Below, piece after piece: positions 19,957 through 30,392 of a stretch of 47,850 nt of DNA; the first letter of the stretch is position 1; the number at the start of each line of letters is the position of its first letter. The translations under genes were made by a program, and so were the position numbers. Where the stretch lies: positions 1 to 47,850 of the forward strand of contig CAWBBV010000019.1 in NCBI GenBank assembly GCA_963787125.1, in the 5' to 3' direction. The notes beneath the pieces were generated by a model, which ran no database searches, had not been told where the DNA came from, and was given only the letters and a program-made list of their open reading frames with translations. Source of the stretch: an uncultured delta proteobacterium (GTDB lineage Bacteria > Desulfobacterota > Desulfuromonadia > Geobacterales > DSM-12255).

Positions 19957-20828
19957 TGTGCCTCGCCTTCTAACCGAAACGGCTTCTCATAAACCATGTC
20001 ATTTTTAAAGTGACGCAGTTTGAAAGCTGTTGTGATATTCATAAGCGATTCTGAGTGACCTAACAGCAGAAAACCACCATGATAAAGAGTACTATAGAAG
20101 TTCTCAATAACACGCTTTTTGGCCAGCATGTCGAAATAGATGATGACATTACGACAAAAAATTATATCCATTTTCCCGAGGAAGAGAAATCTGCTCTGGT
20201 CATAAAGGTTTAGACGGCTGAACGTAACAACCTCACGGATACGGTCCGCTACCCTGTAGCCACCATCTTGCTCATGAAAGTAGCGACTTTTATATGCTGG
20301 TTCAGTAACTCTGAAAGAGGAGTTGCCGTATACTCCTTTACGCGCATGATGAAGAACCCTTTGACTGATATCAGTGCCTATGATTTCAATTTTCCAGCCT
20401 GCAAGTTGGGGCTTTTCGAGTAAGAGCATTGCTATCGTGTAAGGCTCTTCTCCGGTTGAACAGCCTGCACTCCATATCCGCAGGGTTTTGTCACCATTTT
20501 TAGCCTTTATTGCGAGTAGTTCCGGGATGATCTCATCTGTAAACGCCTTGAGCTGGAAAGACTCCCTGAAGAAATATGTTTCGTTAGTTGTTAAAAGATC
20601 CATTATGTCAGAAAGCTCCTGCTCTCTGCTGACATCGTATTTCAGGTAGTAGTAGTAATCATGAAACCCGGCGAGCTGATGATGAGCAAGCCTGGGCGAT
20701 AGTCGACGCTCTAGCAGATATCTGTTTTCATCGGCAAAAAAGAGACCGCTGTAGTTATAGATCAGATCTCGCAGGAGCGGAAACTCCTCGTCTGTCATCT
20801 TTATTTCGGAGTCAGTGAAAAAAAGCAT
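19953..20828 (-). CDS. cheR: Chemotaxis methyltransferase CheR
   Basis: [38 protein letters not shown]. Confidence 0.96.
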   Translation of the reverse strand: MLFFTDSEIKMTDEEFPLLRDLIYNYSGLFFADENRYLLERRLSPRLAHHQLAGFHDYYYYLKYDVSREQELSDIMDLLTTNETYFFRESFQLKAFTDEIIPELLAIKAKNGDKTLRIWSAGCSTGEEPYTIAMLLLEKPQLAGWKIEIIGTDISQRVLHHARKGVYGNSSFRVTEPAYKSRYFHEQDGGYRVADRIREVVTFSRLNLYDQSRFLFLGKMDIIFCRNVIIYFDMLAKKRVIENFYSTLYHGGFLLLGHSESLMNITTAFKLRHFKNDMVYEKPFRLEGEAH

Positions 20829-22669
20829 CAGCGCCTTTCAGAAACTGCATCAAGAAGGTTCATGGCAACTCTTGCCACTTCATCATCGGAATCATTAATC
20901 GCCTGTTCAAGAAACTTGACTGCCTTAACAGGATCAATATAAACAAGTGCCTGCATGGCCGTAATCTTCAGCATACCTGAAGCAGAGTAAGTGAACTTCG
21001 CTATTCTATCGAAGGATAATAGATCCCTGCGCCGCCCGAGGCTCTTTATTGCAGCAGCCTGAACTCTCTGGGAAGTGTCGTCGAGCGCCAGCATAAGCGA
21101 ACAGGACTCGTCAATAAAACCGTTCCAGCCAAGGGCAGTCGCTGCTGCCAATCTGACATCAGCTTCTTCATCAGCCAGTGCCATCGCCAACCGACTTGCA
21201 CTCTCCGGAGATTTAATATCACCAAGAGCTGCAATTGCTTCCCGTCTGACAAGATAATCCTCATCCTTGCTCAGGAAGGTAAGCTGACCAGCCTCCTTCA
21301 GCGCACCGAAAAGCTTTACAGCCTGAAGCCTGCAGTCAGGGTTGTCAGACTCTGACAGTTGCACCGCCGAGGCAGCAACATTCTCTCTAGCCACTGTTGC
21401 CAGACGAACCAGAGCAGTTGTAGCCCTTCTTCTCACTTCAGCGTTGTCATCGCTTAATACCTTTACCAGCAGTGGAATAAGCTCTGTCAACTCCGATCTA
21501 CCGATAGCTTCGGCCGCAAGGGCTCTGACCATGACAGCAGAGTCAGTCAAAGCAGCGGTCACTATCGCCCTGGTCTCCGGCAAACGGATCTCTCCGGCAA
21601 TATAAACGATGATGCAGCGCTCATCTTCATCTGCATTATTGTAACGGTCAACAAGCATTGCGCCGACAACTTCTCCGAGATTCCGCAGCGCTGCAAGCGA
21701 TGCAAACTGCAGATTCTCATCACCGCACCCCTTGACAAGAACAGCCAGTGCACGCAAATCACCGACAAAACCGAGCATCACGACAGAAGCAACCTTAATT
21801 TTAAGGTCAGAGCTCTCTACCATGGCAATCAGGTACTCAACTGCCTCAGTACCGGCAAACTCCCTTAACTTCAAACCTATACTTTTCAGGAAATCATCTG
21901 CAGATGATCTCTGCCGAATCATCTCAATAGCCGTCAATGCCGCCTCTCTGACGTTCCTTGCTCTGTTGGTCAGGCCATCAACAAGCAGACTGGCAGAACC
22001 AATATCACCTATCACTCCAAGACAATCAAAAAGGGCTTTTTTAAGTAAGGGATCTCCTGCAAGCGAGGTAATCGACCCAAGAGGAACAGGTGTGCCGATT
22101 TTTACCAACGCTTCGAGTATCGCATAACGGATAAGTAGATCATCCCTTTCAAGTGTTTTCAGAAGCTGTGGCACTGCGCCGGCATCGCCAATTGCACCAA
22201 GACTCTCAGCAGCGGCAGCAGCAACATTAGAATCATTATCGCAAAGTACAGCTGAAAGTTCCGGCAATATTGATGCTGAACCGATCCCTCCCATTATATC
22301 GACGATGAATTTCCTGACCCCTGCATCTTCATGGGCAAGATGTTCAACAAGGTGTGGCAGCACTCTCTCGCCAACGGCCTGCAATACCTCTACTACAGAA
22401 TTCTTCAAGCCGGCATTCCCTTGGACCGTCAATAGAGAAACCAGCTCTCTGGCCAACTCGTCTTCAGGCGAAAAAGATAGAATCAGGTCTACAGCCTCTT
22501 TCCTGACCCTCCAGCTCTCATCACCAAGCGCAGAAATAGCGATATCTTTGACCCGCTGAAACGGAAACCCTGCAAGCGCGGAGACTGCCACCCTTCTCTC
22601 TTCCTCATCAGAAGAGCCAAGCCTATGCAGCAGATCTTCAATCGGTTCCAAAGAGAGCTCAAGCTTCAT
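20828..22669 (-). CDS. HEAT-repeat (PBS lyase-like) protein
   Basis: Many LxDxxxxVRxxAxxALG repeats over 613 aa. Confidence 0.9.
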   Translation of the reverse strand: MKLELSLEPIEDLLHRLGSSDEEERRVAVSALAGFPFQRVKDIAISALGDESWRVRKEAVDLILSFSPEDELARELVSLLTVQGNAGLKNSVVEVLQAVGERVLPHLVEHLAHEDAGVRKFIVDIMGGIGSASILPELSAVLCDNDSNVAAAAAESLGAIGDAGAVPQLLKTLERDDLLIRYAILEALVKIGTPVPLGSITSLAGDPLLKKALFDCLGVIGDIGSASLLVDGLTNRARNVREAALTAIEMIRQRSSADDFLKSIGLKLREFAGTEAVEYLIAMVESSDLKIKVASVVMLGFVGDLRALAVLVKGCGDENLQFASLAALRNLGEVVGAMLVDRYNNADEDERCIIVYIAGEIRLPETRAIVTAALTDSAVMVRALAAEAIGRSELTELIPLLVKVLSDDNAEVRRRATTALVRLATVARENVAASAVQLSESDNPDCRLQAVKLFGALKEAGQLTFLSKDEDYLVRREAIAALGDIKSPESASRLAMALADEEADVRLAAATALGWNGFIDESCSLMLALDDTSQRVQAAAIKSLGRRRDLLSFDRIAKFTYSASGMLKITAMQALVYIDPVKAVKFLEQAINDSDDEVARVAMNLLDAVSERR

Positions 22670-23570
22670 TTATGCCCATCTCCCGTTTTTTCTGGCTGAC
22701 CAGTTCAGCAAAAGCCTCAGCAAAGAAGTCCACCGGAAATCCGGCTGATTCAGGCAACTTGCTTTCATAAATAGCCCGGCCATCCCTTATTTCAACATCC
22801 AGACAAAGTTCAACATTGCCATTTCTTATCCCATCTTCCAACTCGGCTTCACGATAAAGTGAGATATCAGAGACTATACTTCTCGCCAACTGCTTAGCTG
22901 ACTTGTAAATCTCTTCGCCCACTTCTGACTTTTCAAACGGCAGTTGAGACATCAGCTCCTTACGGGCATTTTCCTGCCTGTCAGCTTCAGCAACAGTTAA
23001 GCGCGCCGGAGCTGTGCCTATCTCATCACATGATGGAAGTGAGTCAGACTCAACCTCACGGGTATCTGAGGCAAGTTTGTAGATCATGGCAGCAAGAGCG
23101 TCCGGGATATGATGCTGTTCAATATAGTCATCAGCCCCGTACAGTGACTGGGGAGAACGTTTATATTTTGTCTTGTCGTAAATTGCTGCCAGAAGAATGA
23201 TCCTGATCTCCTTGGTCTCGGGGTTGGCACGCAGTGCTTCGCAGACCTGAAAGCCGTACATGGTTGGCAATGCAACATTCAGTAGCACAACATCAGGCTT
23301 AAATTTGAAGACAAGGTCAAGTGCCTCCTTCCCGTCATGACATGAGATTATGTCAAACGGTTCAGCGGCAAGAACCTTCTCGACTGCTGCACAAAAGTCA
23401 ACGTTTTCATGAGCGATCAGAACAGTCAGACGACCTGATCTCGCTTCTCTGTCCGCAGCCAGCCTGAAGATCGTGGAGCACTTACTGCACCTGAGCTTTA
23501 CTCCTGAGCTGTTGACCTTCTGTTCGTCAAATCTGAATCTTGTTCTGCATACGGGACAACTGATATACAT
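22659..23570 (-). CDS. Zinc-ribbon plus atypical receiver domain protein
   Basis: CPVC...CSKC (MJ0042-type finger), receiver fold with LLNVALP, C-terminal helical ARSIVSDISLY domain. Confidence 0.82.
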   Translation of the reverse strand: MYISCPVCRTRFRFDEQKVNSSGVKLRCSKCSTIFRLAADREARSGRLTVLIAHENVDFCAAVEKVLAAEPFDIISCHDGKEALDLVFKFKPDVVLLNVALPTMYGFQVCEALRANPETKEIRIILLAAIYDKTKYKRSPQSLYGADDYIEQHHIPDALAAMIYKLASDTREVESDSLPSCDEIGTAPARLTVAEADRQENARKELMSQLPFEKSEVGEEIYKSAKQLARSIVSDISLYREAELEDGIRNGNVELCLDVEIRDGRAIYESKLPESAGFPVDFFAEAFAELVSQKKREMGINEA

Positions 23571-23610
23571 ATAAGGACGTCTCTCCTTTAATCTGTTGCA
23601 CTAAATACAA

Positions 23611-24075
23611 CTAGACAAAATCTCCCAAAGCATTAACTTCATTAATTGTCAGCAGTTTATCAATATCGAGCAGCATAACCAAAACATCACCGGATAAACA
23701 GACTCCAAGGAGGTGATTGGCAACTAGTCCCTCAGATACCGCTGGAGGTGGTTTTATATCTTTTATCGGAACAGTAATCACCTCAGTAACATCATCAACG
23801 ACAAGGCCAATAGTCTGTGCAGTCAGCCTGACAATCAGTAAACGAGTTGATGCGGTCGTCTCCCTTGTCGGCATATCAAACCGCTTACGCAGGTCAACAA
23901 CAGGGATTACTGAGCCTCTCAAATTTATGACACCGTCAATAAAAGGCGGGGATTGCGGCAGTGCTGTCAGCTTCTGAGGACGAATGATCTCCTTGATTCT
24001 CATTATATCAACAGCATAGAGATCATCTTTCAGTCTAAAGCACGCAACCTGAATCTCTTTTATTTCACTGCTCAT
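23611..24075 (-). CDS. cheW: CheW coupling protein
   Basis: YAVDIMRIKEII, GVINLRGSVIPVVDLR, GLVVDDV. Confidence 0.94.
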   Translation of the reverse strand: MSSEIKEIQVACFRLKDDLYAVDIMRIKEIIRPQKLTALPQSPPFIDGVINLRGSVIPVVDLRKRFDMPTRETTASTRLLIVRLTAQTIGLVVDDVTEVITVPIKDIKPPPAVSEGLVANHLLGVCLSGDVLVMLLDIDKLLTINEVNALGDFV

Positions 24076-24461
24076 TGACTAACCTCTTTTCGAAGCAGAC
24101 CCTGAATAGTCTCGATAATTTTGCCTGACTTGAACGGCTTGGTCAGATATGCATCAGCCCCAACCTCGATACCTCTTGCCTGATCTGAAGAAGTTTTTTT
24201 AGCAGTAAGCATGATAATCGGTATGTCTTTGGTATCCGGGTCTGCCTTTACTCTGCGACAGACCTCAAACCCGTCTATTCCAGGCATCATGATGTCCAGC
24301 AGTATCAAATCCGGCTTATTCTGTTCGATCTCCTTGAGAGCAGCCAGTCCGTCACTGACCCCGGTAACCTTATAGCCTCTGGTTGTAAGCAGAATGCTCT
24401 CAAGCTTTAACAGGCTCTCTTCGTCTTCCACTATCAGAATTCTACTCGGTTCCATAATCAT
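24072..24461 (-). CDS. Single-domain response regulator
   Basis: ILIVEDE, LLDIMMPGIDG, LTA, YLTKPF. Confidence 0.9.
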   Translation of the reverse strand: MIMEPSRILIVEDEESLLKLESILLTTRGYKVTGVSDGLAALKEIEQNKPDLILLDIMMPGIDGFEVCRRVKADPDTKDIPIIMLTAKKTSSDQARGIEVGADAYLTKPFKSGKIIETIQGLLRKEVSQ

Positions 24462-24498
24462 AATTCTCCGTTGCGCCTGTCACAGCGCTTTTTGAGCT

Positions 24499-25386
24499 TT
24501 AATGAACACCTATGTTTAGAATGGTGTCAAGATTCAAAAGGATAAGCATCTTTTTGTCAAAATGGCCAAGACCTGTTACAAATTCCCGATCAATCCCCTC
24601 GAGTACGGCTGGCGGATCTTCAATATCAGAGCGCCTGACTCTTGCAACTTGAATAACTTCGTCAACAAGAACTCCGCAGAAACCCGAATCTCTTTTCAGA
24701 ACAACGATCCGTTCTCTGCCTGTAGCCGGATTTACCGGCAAAGAGAGCCTGATACGCATATCCATCACCGGGATGATCACCCCTCGCAGCGATAAGACAC
24801 CAGAGATAAACACGGGCATTCTGGGGACTTCAGTCGCTTCACGAGGTTTAACTATCTCCTTTATAGCCATAATGCTTATAGCATACACTTCGTCAGCCAC
24901 CCTGAAACAGAGGTACTCCTGAACATCCTCCAACGAGTTGGAAACTGACTGAAAAAGAGCATCATCTTCAACATCAACCGCTGATTCTCTCCCGGAAAGG
25001 ATGGTCTCAAGGGGATTATATTCGACCGCTCGCTTCGCAACGGTTAATTTCTGGGCAGACTTATGAGGAACCGTATCAAGTATCTCTGTCACATCAACAG
25101 AGTTTGGCAACGTCTCAGAACATAAATCGATAGTTTCAACCGGTGGAACTTTCAGCTCTTGCTCACAAGTGTCAGCGGTCATTACCTGACCAACAGCAGT
25201 AAAAAACTCTTCGGGGAACTCTTCCACAGGCATTTCAAGTTGCGTCAAATAATCGTCTTCACAAGCAAAAGGCTCAGAGATGTCCAGTTCCGGCAACAGA
25301 GCTGACGCGTCTACAGCTACAACTGAAACAGCTGAAGCTGAGCTACGGCTTTCTGCGGCTTTCTTTCTTATGTCTGCAAGGTTCAT
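24499..25386 (-). CDS. cheW: CheW with long acidic N-terminal extension
   Basis: C-terminal CheW domain (GVLSLRGVIIPV, GVLVDEV) after about 150 aa of acidic low-complexity sequence. Confidence 0.9.
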   Translation of the reverse strand: MNLADIRKKAAESRSSASAVSVVAVDASALLPELDISEPFACEDDYLTQLEMPVEEFPEEFFTAVGQVMTADTCEQELKVPPVETIDLCSETLPNSVDVTEILDTVPHKSAQKLTVAKRAVEYNPLETILSGRESAVDVEDDALFQSVSNSLEDVQEYLCFRVADEVYAISIMAIKEIVKPREATEVPRMPVFISGVLSLRGVIIPVMDMRIRLSLPVNPATGRERIVVLKRDSGFCGVLVDEVIQVARVRRSDIEDPPAVLEGIDREFVTGLGHFDKKMLILLNLDTILNIGVH

Positions 25387-25404
25387 AAGCTTTCCAATCC
25401 TACT

Positions 25405-26205
25405 CTAAAATAGTAATTCTGCGGCGACTGAATCTATAATAGTGGCGTCGATAATTGTCTCATCTCTTCCATACCCCTCAAGGATTGCATTGGTCGCAAT
25501 CTGGTTTATCCGACGGGGAACACCTTCTGACAGCTCATAGATCCTTTGAACAGCATCAGGAGAGAAAAGACCTGAATCACCACCAGCCACTTCAAGGCGA
25601 CAATCCAGATAATCCTGAACATCATCCATCTCAAGTGGCGACAGATGGAACTGCATAGTAATACGCTGCCGCAAAGGCTCGTAAACAGGATTTGACAGCA
25701 TGACCCGCAGCTCAGGTTGCCCCATCAGGATGATAGTAATAAGATTCCTGTCGTCCAGTTGGAAATTGGTGAGAAGCCTTATCTCATCAAAAACCTCTCT
25801 GTCAGAGATCAACTGCGCCTCATCAATTACCAGAACTGCAGCCATCCCTTCATTATGCAGTCCAAATACTGCATCAGCAATCTGGTTAAGCAGACTCTCT
25901 TTGTCATCTGCCGGCGGAAGCGGTGAAAATGCACGGGCAATGCTGCGCAGAAATTCTACTGCCGACAGCCGTGGATTAACAATAAAACAGAAACGATAAT
26001 CATCACCGAGACTATCCATCAGTGCCCTTGAAAGCGTGGTCTTACCGCAGCCAATTTCACCGGTAAGGAGGGCAATCTCTCTCTCTTCGGCAACGTACTG
26101 AAGTCTTGCAAGCGCTTCCCTGTGTCCTCTACTCAAGTAGAGAAATCTTGGGTCAGGAGTCTTGCTGAAAGGCCGCTCCTTCATACAATAAAAATCATTG
26201 TACAT
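25405..26205 (-). CDS. ExeA/GspA-like AAA+ ATPase
   Basis: PFSKTPDPRFLY, GEIGCGKTT, LVIDEAQ, LMGQPEL, LRQRI, GVPRRIN. Confidence 0.9.
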   Translation of the reverse strand: MYNDFYCMKERPFSKTPDPRFLYLSRGHREALARLQYVAEEREIALLTGEIGCGKTTLSRALMDSLGDDYRFCFIVNPRLSAVEFLRSIARAFSPLPPADDKESLLNQIADAVFGLHNEGMAAVLVIDEAQLISDREVFDEIRLLTNFQLDDRNLITIILMGQPELRVMLSNPVYEPLRQRITMQFHLSPLEMDDVQDYLDCRLEVAGGDSGLFSPDAVQRIYELSEGVPRRINQIATNAILEGYGRDETIIDATIIDSVAAELLF

Positions 26206-26210
26206 ATTTC

Positions 26211-28253
26211 TCAGATCTGGCCTCCACTCTTCGTAGCTTCATGGATTATCCCACTGACATCAAGGACGAGGATCGTTCGCTGATCACCAAGATCAGCAGC
26301 GCCTGAGACTCCGCGCAGCCCCTCGAACATTGGGCCAAGGTTCTTTATAACAATATCCTGCTGTCCAAGAAGATCATCGACTACTATCCCGAGACGTTTT
26401 TCTGCCACACCGACTACTACAACGAAAAAACTGTCACTATCTCTGTTTTCACCATCAAGCTGGAAAAACCGATTGAGACGCAGCAGCGGCAGTGTGTTCT
26501 CACGTAGCTGTATCACCTCTTTTTTCTCAACCGTCATAATATTCTTTTTATCTATCATTATGGATTCAAGGACTGAAGTAATCGGCAATGCGTAGAAACG
26601 TCCAGCAGTTGAGATTATTAATGCCTTAATGATTGCAAGGGTAATAGGGAGAGTTATTATCATTCTGCTCCCCTGACCCGGGCTGCTTTCTACGTCCACC
26701 ATACCACTGACTGCGGCGATGTTGTTCTTAACTACATCCATACCGACACCACGTCCGGAAATCTCACTGACTGTCTCACTTGTCGAGAATCCAGGCAGAA
26801 AGATCAGGTCGATCGTCTCGCGCCCGGAAAGATTATCTGCAGCGGTTATTATCCCTCTCTCCAACGCTTTTTTTCTTACCTTCTCGACATCAATCCCTCT
26901 ACCGTCATCCTCAACTTCAATAACAACATGGTTCCCTTTTTGATATGAAGAAAGCTTGATAAGTCCACGTTCCCCCTTACCGGCAGCAACTCTCTCTTCC
27001 GGCGGTTCAATGCCATGGTCAATCGCATTTCTGATGATATGCATGAGAGGATCTGCAATATCCTCCATAATCAGCTTGTCAAGTTCCGTATCAGCGCCAA
27101 AAGTTTTCAGTTCGACCTTTTTACCTTGCTCTTTGGAGATTTTCCTGACGATCCTCCCCATCTTTTCATAAAGTTGCCCGACCGGAATCATTCTGATCTC
27201 CATGACCCCCTTTTGCAACTCGTTGAGCTTCCGCTCAAGACCCTTTGCAGCCTTCTGCAACTCTGGTAAATGACCGGTATAACCGGCAGTGCGCATCTTT
27301 TCAGTTATGTCGGTTATGGTGGAATGTGATAGCACCAACTCCCCGACAATATTCATCAGGTCATCAAGTTTACCGATATCAACCCGGACGGTTCTACTCA
27401 TGCTTTTTGCGGTTGTGGAGGAATCCTGCTGAACATTTGGAGTAATATCCTCTTGCTCGGGAACATCCGCAACTATTACAGAACCTTTAGAAACAACCGA
27501 TTTGCTCCCCAGTAGCCTGACCGTCGCACTGGTGTCGGCAATAAGCAAAGTGACTTCATCAAGTGAAGAGACTGAACCGTAAAGTATCTCGAAGTCGATT
27601 GAAGATTCCATATTAGCGCCAACACTCGGAAGAGTGCTGATTACTTCTCCGGTTTTCTTCAAAGCATCGGTTAGCTCGGCAAGGTCCTGATCGAAAGTAG
27701 CAAGTGAAAATGAAGCGAGAACAGAAAAAATATTGCGTGATTTCTTAAGATTTTCAAGCAGTCGATGCTCTTCATATTCGGTAAGAGCATTCAGCATTGA
27801 AGCGGGGAGCCCCAACGAGGAGAGAATAGAGTCGCTACTTATTTCGCTAACAGCTGAAACAGCGCTGTTGATTCTAACAATGAGCTGATCTATAGGGGGG
27901 TCTTCCCCACTACCATCACTAAGGTTCCTGACCATGGCACCAAGTGTTTCCAGAGCGTCCATCAAGATGGTCATCACTTGAGATGAGAGTTTGACCTTCC
28001 CAAGCCTTAATGAATCCAGCAGATTTTCAAGATTGTGCGATAACTCCTGAACTCCACTGAAGCCGAACATTCCGGCAAGCCCCTTAAGTGAATGTGCCCC
28101 TCTGAATACCGAGTTAAGTGAATCAGGGCTGCACTCTCCACCGTCGGCAGTATCACTCATCACGCCCAGATCAGAACAGAGTTGATCGAGAATCTCTTCT
28201 GCCTCGGCGAGAAAATCCTTTATAGCTTTTGCGGAAATCTCAGTTACAGACAT
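26211..28253 (-). CDS. cheA: Chemotaxis histidine kinase CheA
   Basis: Hpt AHSLKG, HIIRNAIDHG, DDGRG, GRGVGMDVV, C-terminal CheW-like domain. Confidence 0.97.
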   Translation of the reverse strand: MSVTEISAKAIKDFLAEAEEILDQLCSDLGVMSDTADGGECSPDSLNSVFRGAHSLKGLAGMFGFSGVQELSHNLENLLDSLRLGKVKLSSQVMTILMDALETLGAMVRNLSDGSGEDPPIDQLIVRINSAVSAVSEISSDSILSSLGLPASMLNALTEYEEHRLLENLKKSRNIFSVLASFSLATFDQDLAELTDALKKTGEVISTLPSVGANMESSIDFEILYGSVSSLDEVTLLIADTSATVRLLGSKSVVSKGSVIVADVPEQEDITPNVQQDSSTTAKSMSRTVRVDIGKLDDLMNIVGELVLSHSTITDITEKMRTAGYTGHLPELQKAAKGLERKLNELQKGVMEIRMIPVGQLYEKMGRIVRKISKEQGKKVELKTFGADTELDKLIMEDIADPLMHIIRNAIDHGIEPPEERVAAGKGERGLIKLSSYQKGNHVVIEVEDDGRGIDVEKVRKKALERGIITAADNLSGRETIDLIFLPGFSTSETVSEISGRGVGMDVVKNNIAAVSGMVDVESSPGQGSRMIITLPITLAIIKALIISTAGRFYALPITSVLESIMIDKKNIMTVEKKEVIQLRENTLPLLRLNRFFQLDGENRDSDSFFVVVVGVAEKRLGIVVDDLLGQQDIVIKNLGPMFEGLRGVSGAADLGDQRTILVLDVSGIIHEATKSGGQI

Positions 28254-28297
28254 TAGTCACTCCGTTAAGCAGAGTAAAATCTATGGAAATCATGGCA

Positions 28298-28666
28298 CTA
28301 AGAGCCAATATACTTGGCAATCAGCTCTTGCAAACGCTTCGGTTCGATAGGTTTCACCAGGTACTCATTTGCCCCTAGCGAAATCCCCTTTTCAACATCC
28401 CTTTCACGACCCTCCGTTGAAATTATAAACAAAGGGGTGTTAGTATAGCTGGAGTTATTGCGAACATAACGGATAAGCTCAAGCCCATTGATATCGGGCA
28501 TATTTATATCGGTTATAATGAGATCTATTTTTTCCCGCGGCAAAAGCCTCAAGGCCTCAAAGCCGCTGCAAGCCTCTACAACCTCATAATCACCGCAAGA
28601 CTCAATCGTCGCTATAAGTAGAGAGCGCATTGTCGCAGAGTCATCAGTGACAAGTATTCGCCTCAT
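28298..28666 (-). CDS. cheY: CheY-like single-domain response regulator
   Basis: LVTDDS, TDINMPDING, ISTE, YLVKP. Confidence 0.88.
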   Translation of the reverse strand: MRRILVTDDSATMRSLLIATIESCGDYEVVEACSGFEALRLLPREKIDLIITDINMPDINGLELIRYVRNNSSYTNTPLFIISTEGRERDVEKGISLGANEYLVKPIEPKRLQELIAKYIGS

Positions 28667-30348
28667 ACAACCTCCAGATGTCTTTTCTTTAGTCTCTCTG
28701 TTAAAAGAGCCTTCTCCATGGCAACTCCAGCTTGTGAAAGAAAGATTTCCAGGGACTCCGTGTCACCAATTCCCCTTGAATCGGGATTATCCCCGTAGAG
28801 AATGGCAACAACTTCACCTTCACTCACCAATGGCCCCAGAAATATTTCTGCGGGAGTTCCTCCGATCTTCTCAAAAAGATAATCATTCCAGAAACTCTTC
28901 ACAGGGAGAGTTTTCAGTCCTGCACGACTCTCCAAAACTTTTGAAAAGAGCGACTCCTCATCTTTCGGTATTTTGAGGCTTCTTATCATCTTGTCTGCAG
29001 ATAAATCTTTGGTTTCTATGCCGAACTGTCCAATACCGACGATATCTTTCTTCTTGACCAGGAAAATTACTGCCCTGCCAACAAATCCAGAGGCAAATCT
29101 TAGCAGCAGTAGAATGACTCCACCGCCCAAAGTCGGATCATTCAACTCTTCGAGCATTCCGCGAAGCAAAGATATTCCGGTGCTCGGAACAACAGTGGAG
29201 GAGGCATTATCGCCGATGTCTCCAAGCTCCAACCGGAGTTCATCACCAAGATTAACATCATCTGCAGGATTTTCAGCTATGGATCCGGAAATAACCTTTT
29301 CAAGAGCCCGAATAATTTTTGCAGCAAACTGTTCTGAGCCTTTCTGGTCCACAAGCTCACTGCGCCTTGGTTTGAGGATGAATTCAGCTCCGGACTCGCG
29401 TATCCGGCGTTCAGCATCGCTATTACGATAGTCGGACATCACGAGGACCGGCAACTCCGGAAAATTGCAGTGGATTAGTTCCAGCAGTTCAAGTCCGCCA
29501 AGCACACCGGAACCGTCCATGCGAGGCATGATAAGGTCCAGAATAATCGCAGGGCGATTGCCGTCCCGATAATGTGTATCAATAGTAATAAGAGCGTCTT
29601 CGCTCCCGGCAAAGGTTAAAACTGAACTGCCAAAACCGGTCAGATGTTCTGCGATAAAATCCCGTACGGACTGATCGCCTTCAACGATCACTATCTCATT
29701 AGCAGTAGCATTGACCTCGTCAGAACCCACTTCCTGTGACAGAACTGCAGCGACTGCATCCACTGTCCCAGACTCATGCCTTTGAGGATGAAAGTGAGTT
29801 TCATCATTCTCATCGTCAAGGGCATCACCACGGTGCCGTTTTTCGTCAATTATCCGTGAACCTTCCATTGCCAGAAACTGGGGATTCAGCCCTTGCTGAA
29901 GCATAAACTGAAGGGGATCTACTTTGGAGTCATCAATCGTCTCAATATCATCTTGAAGTTCTAACTCAAAGGTTCCCTCATCCCACGAAAAGAACGAGTA
30001 GACAACCCGCTCTATCTGTTCCCTGACAACAGCTTCTATGCTCTCGACAGGTATATTGAAACTATTGATCAGAATCGGACCAAGTTTCTCTTTTTGAGCG
30101 GTTGACTGTTGGAGCTGGAGAGCGCTGCTCAGACACTCCTCGGAAACGACCTTACGTTTTAGCAGCTCTTCTCCCAAGAAGTATCTGATACTGCTTGAAG
30201 AAGCACGGACAACCTGACCAAAGCGGAACGCAACGACACCCTGCCGCCCCTTGCTCAGAAGGGTCAGGACTCCGGATTTTCTACTCAGGCTGACGATCTG
30301 GAAAATCTCGCCAAGCCCAAGATCTGCCAGATTACCGACAAGACTCAC
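28663..30348 (-). CDS. DUF4388 plus receiver plus GAF-like domain protein
   Basis: MSLVGNLADLGLGEIFQIVSLSRKSGVL (DUF4388/PATAN-like), LDLIMP receiver, C-terminal PLVSEGEVVAILYGDN. Confidence 0.82.
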   Translation of the reverse strand: MSLVGNLADLGLGEIFQIVSLSRKSGVLTLLSKGRQGVVAFRFGQVVRASSSSIRYFLGEELLKRKVVSEECLSSALQLQQSTAQKEKLGPILINSFNIPVESIEAVVREQIERVVYSFFSWDEGTFELELQDDIETIDDSKVDPLQFMLQQGLNPQFLAMEGSRIIDEKRHRGDALDDENDETHFHPQRHESGTVDAVAAVLSQEVGSDEVNATANEIVIVEGDQSVRDFIAEHLTGFGSSVLTFAGSEDALITIDTHYRDGNRPAIILDLIMPRMDGSGVLGGLELLELIHCNFPELPVLVMSDYRNSDAERRIRESGAEFILKPRRSELVDQKGSEQFAAKIIRALEKVISGSIAENPADDVNLGDELRLELGDIGDNASSTVVPSTGISLLRGMLEELNDPTLGGGVILLLLRFASGFVGRAVIFLVKKKDIVGIGQFGIETKDLSADKMIRSLKIPKDEESLFSKVLESRAGLKTLPVKSFWNDYLFEKIGGTPAEIFLGPLVSEGEVVAILYGDNPDSRGIGDTESLEIFLSQAGVAMEKALLTERLKKRHLEVV

Positions 30349-30392
30349 TCAAACCGCCCCGCTAGATTAGATAATAGCCTGTAAAGTGCAAC

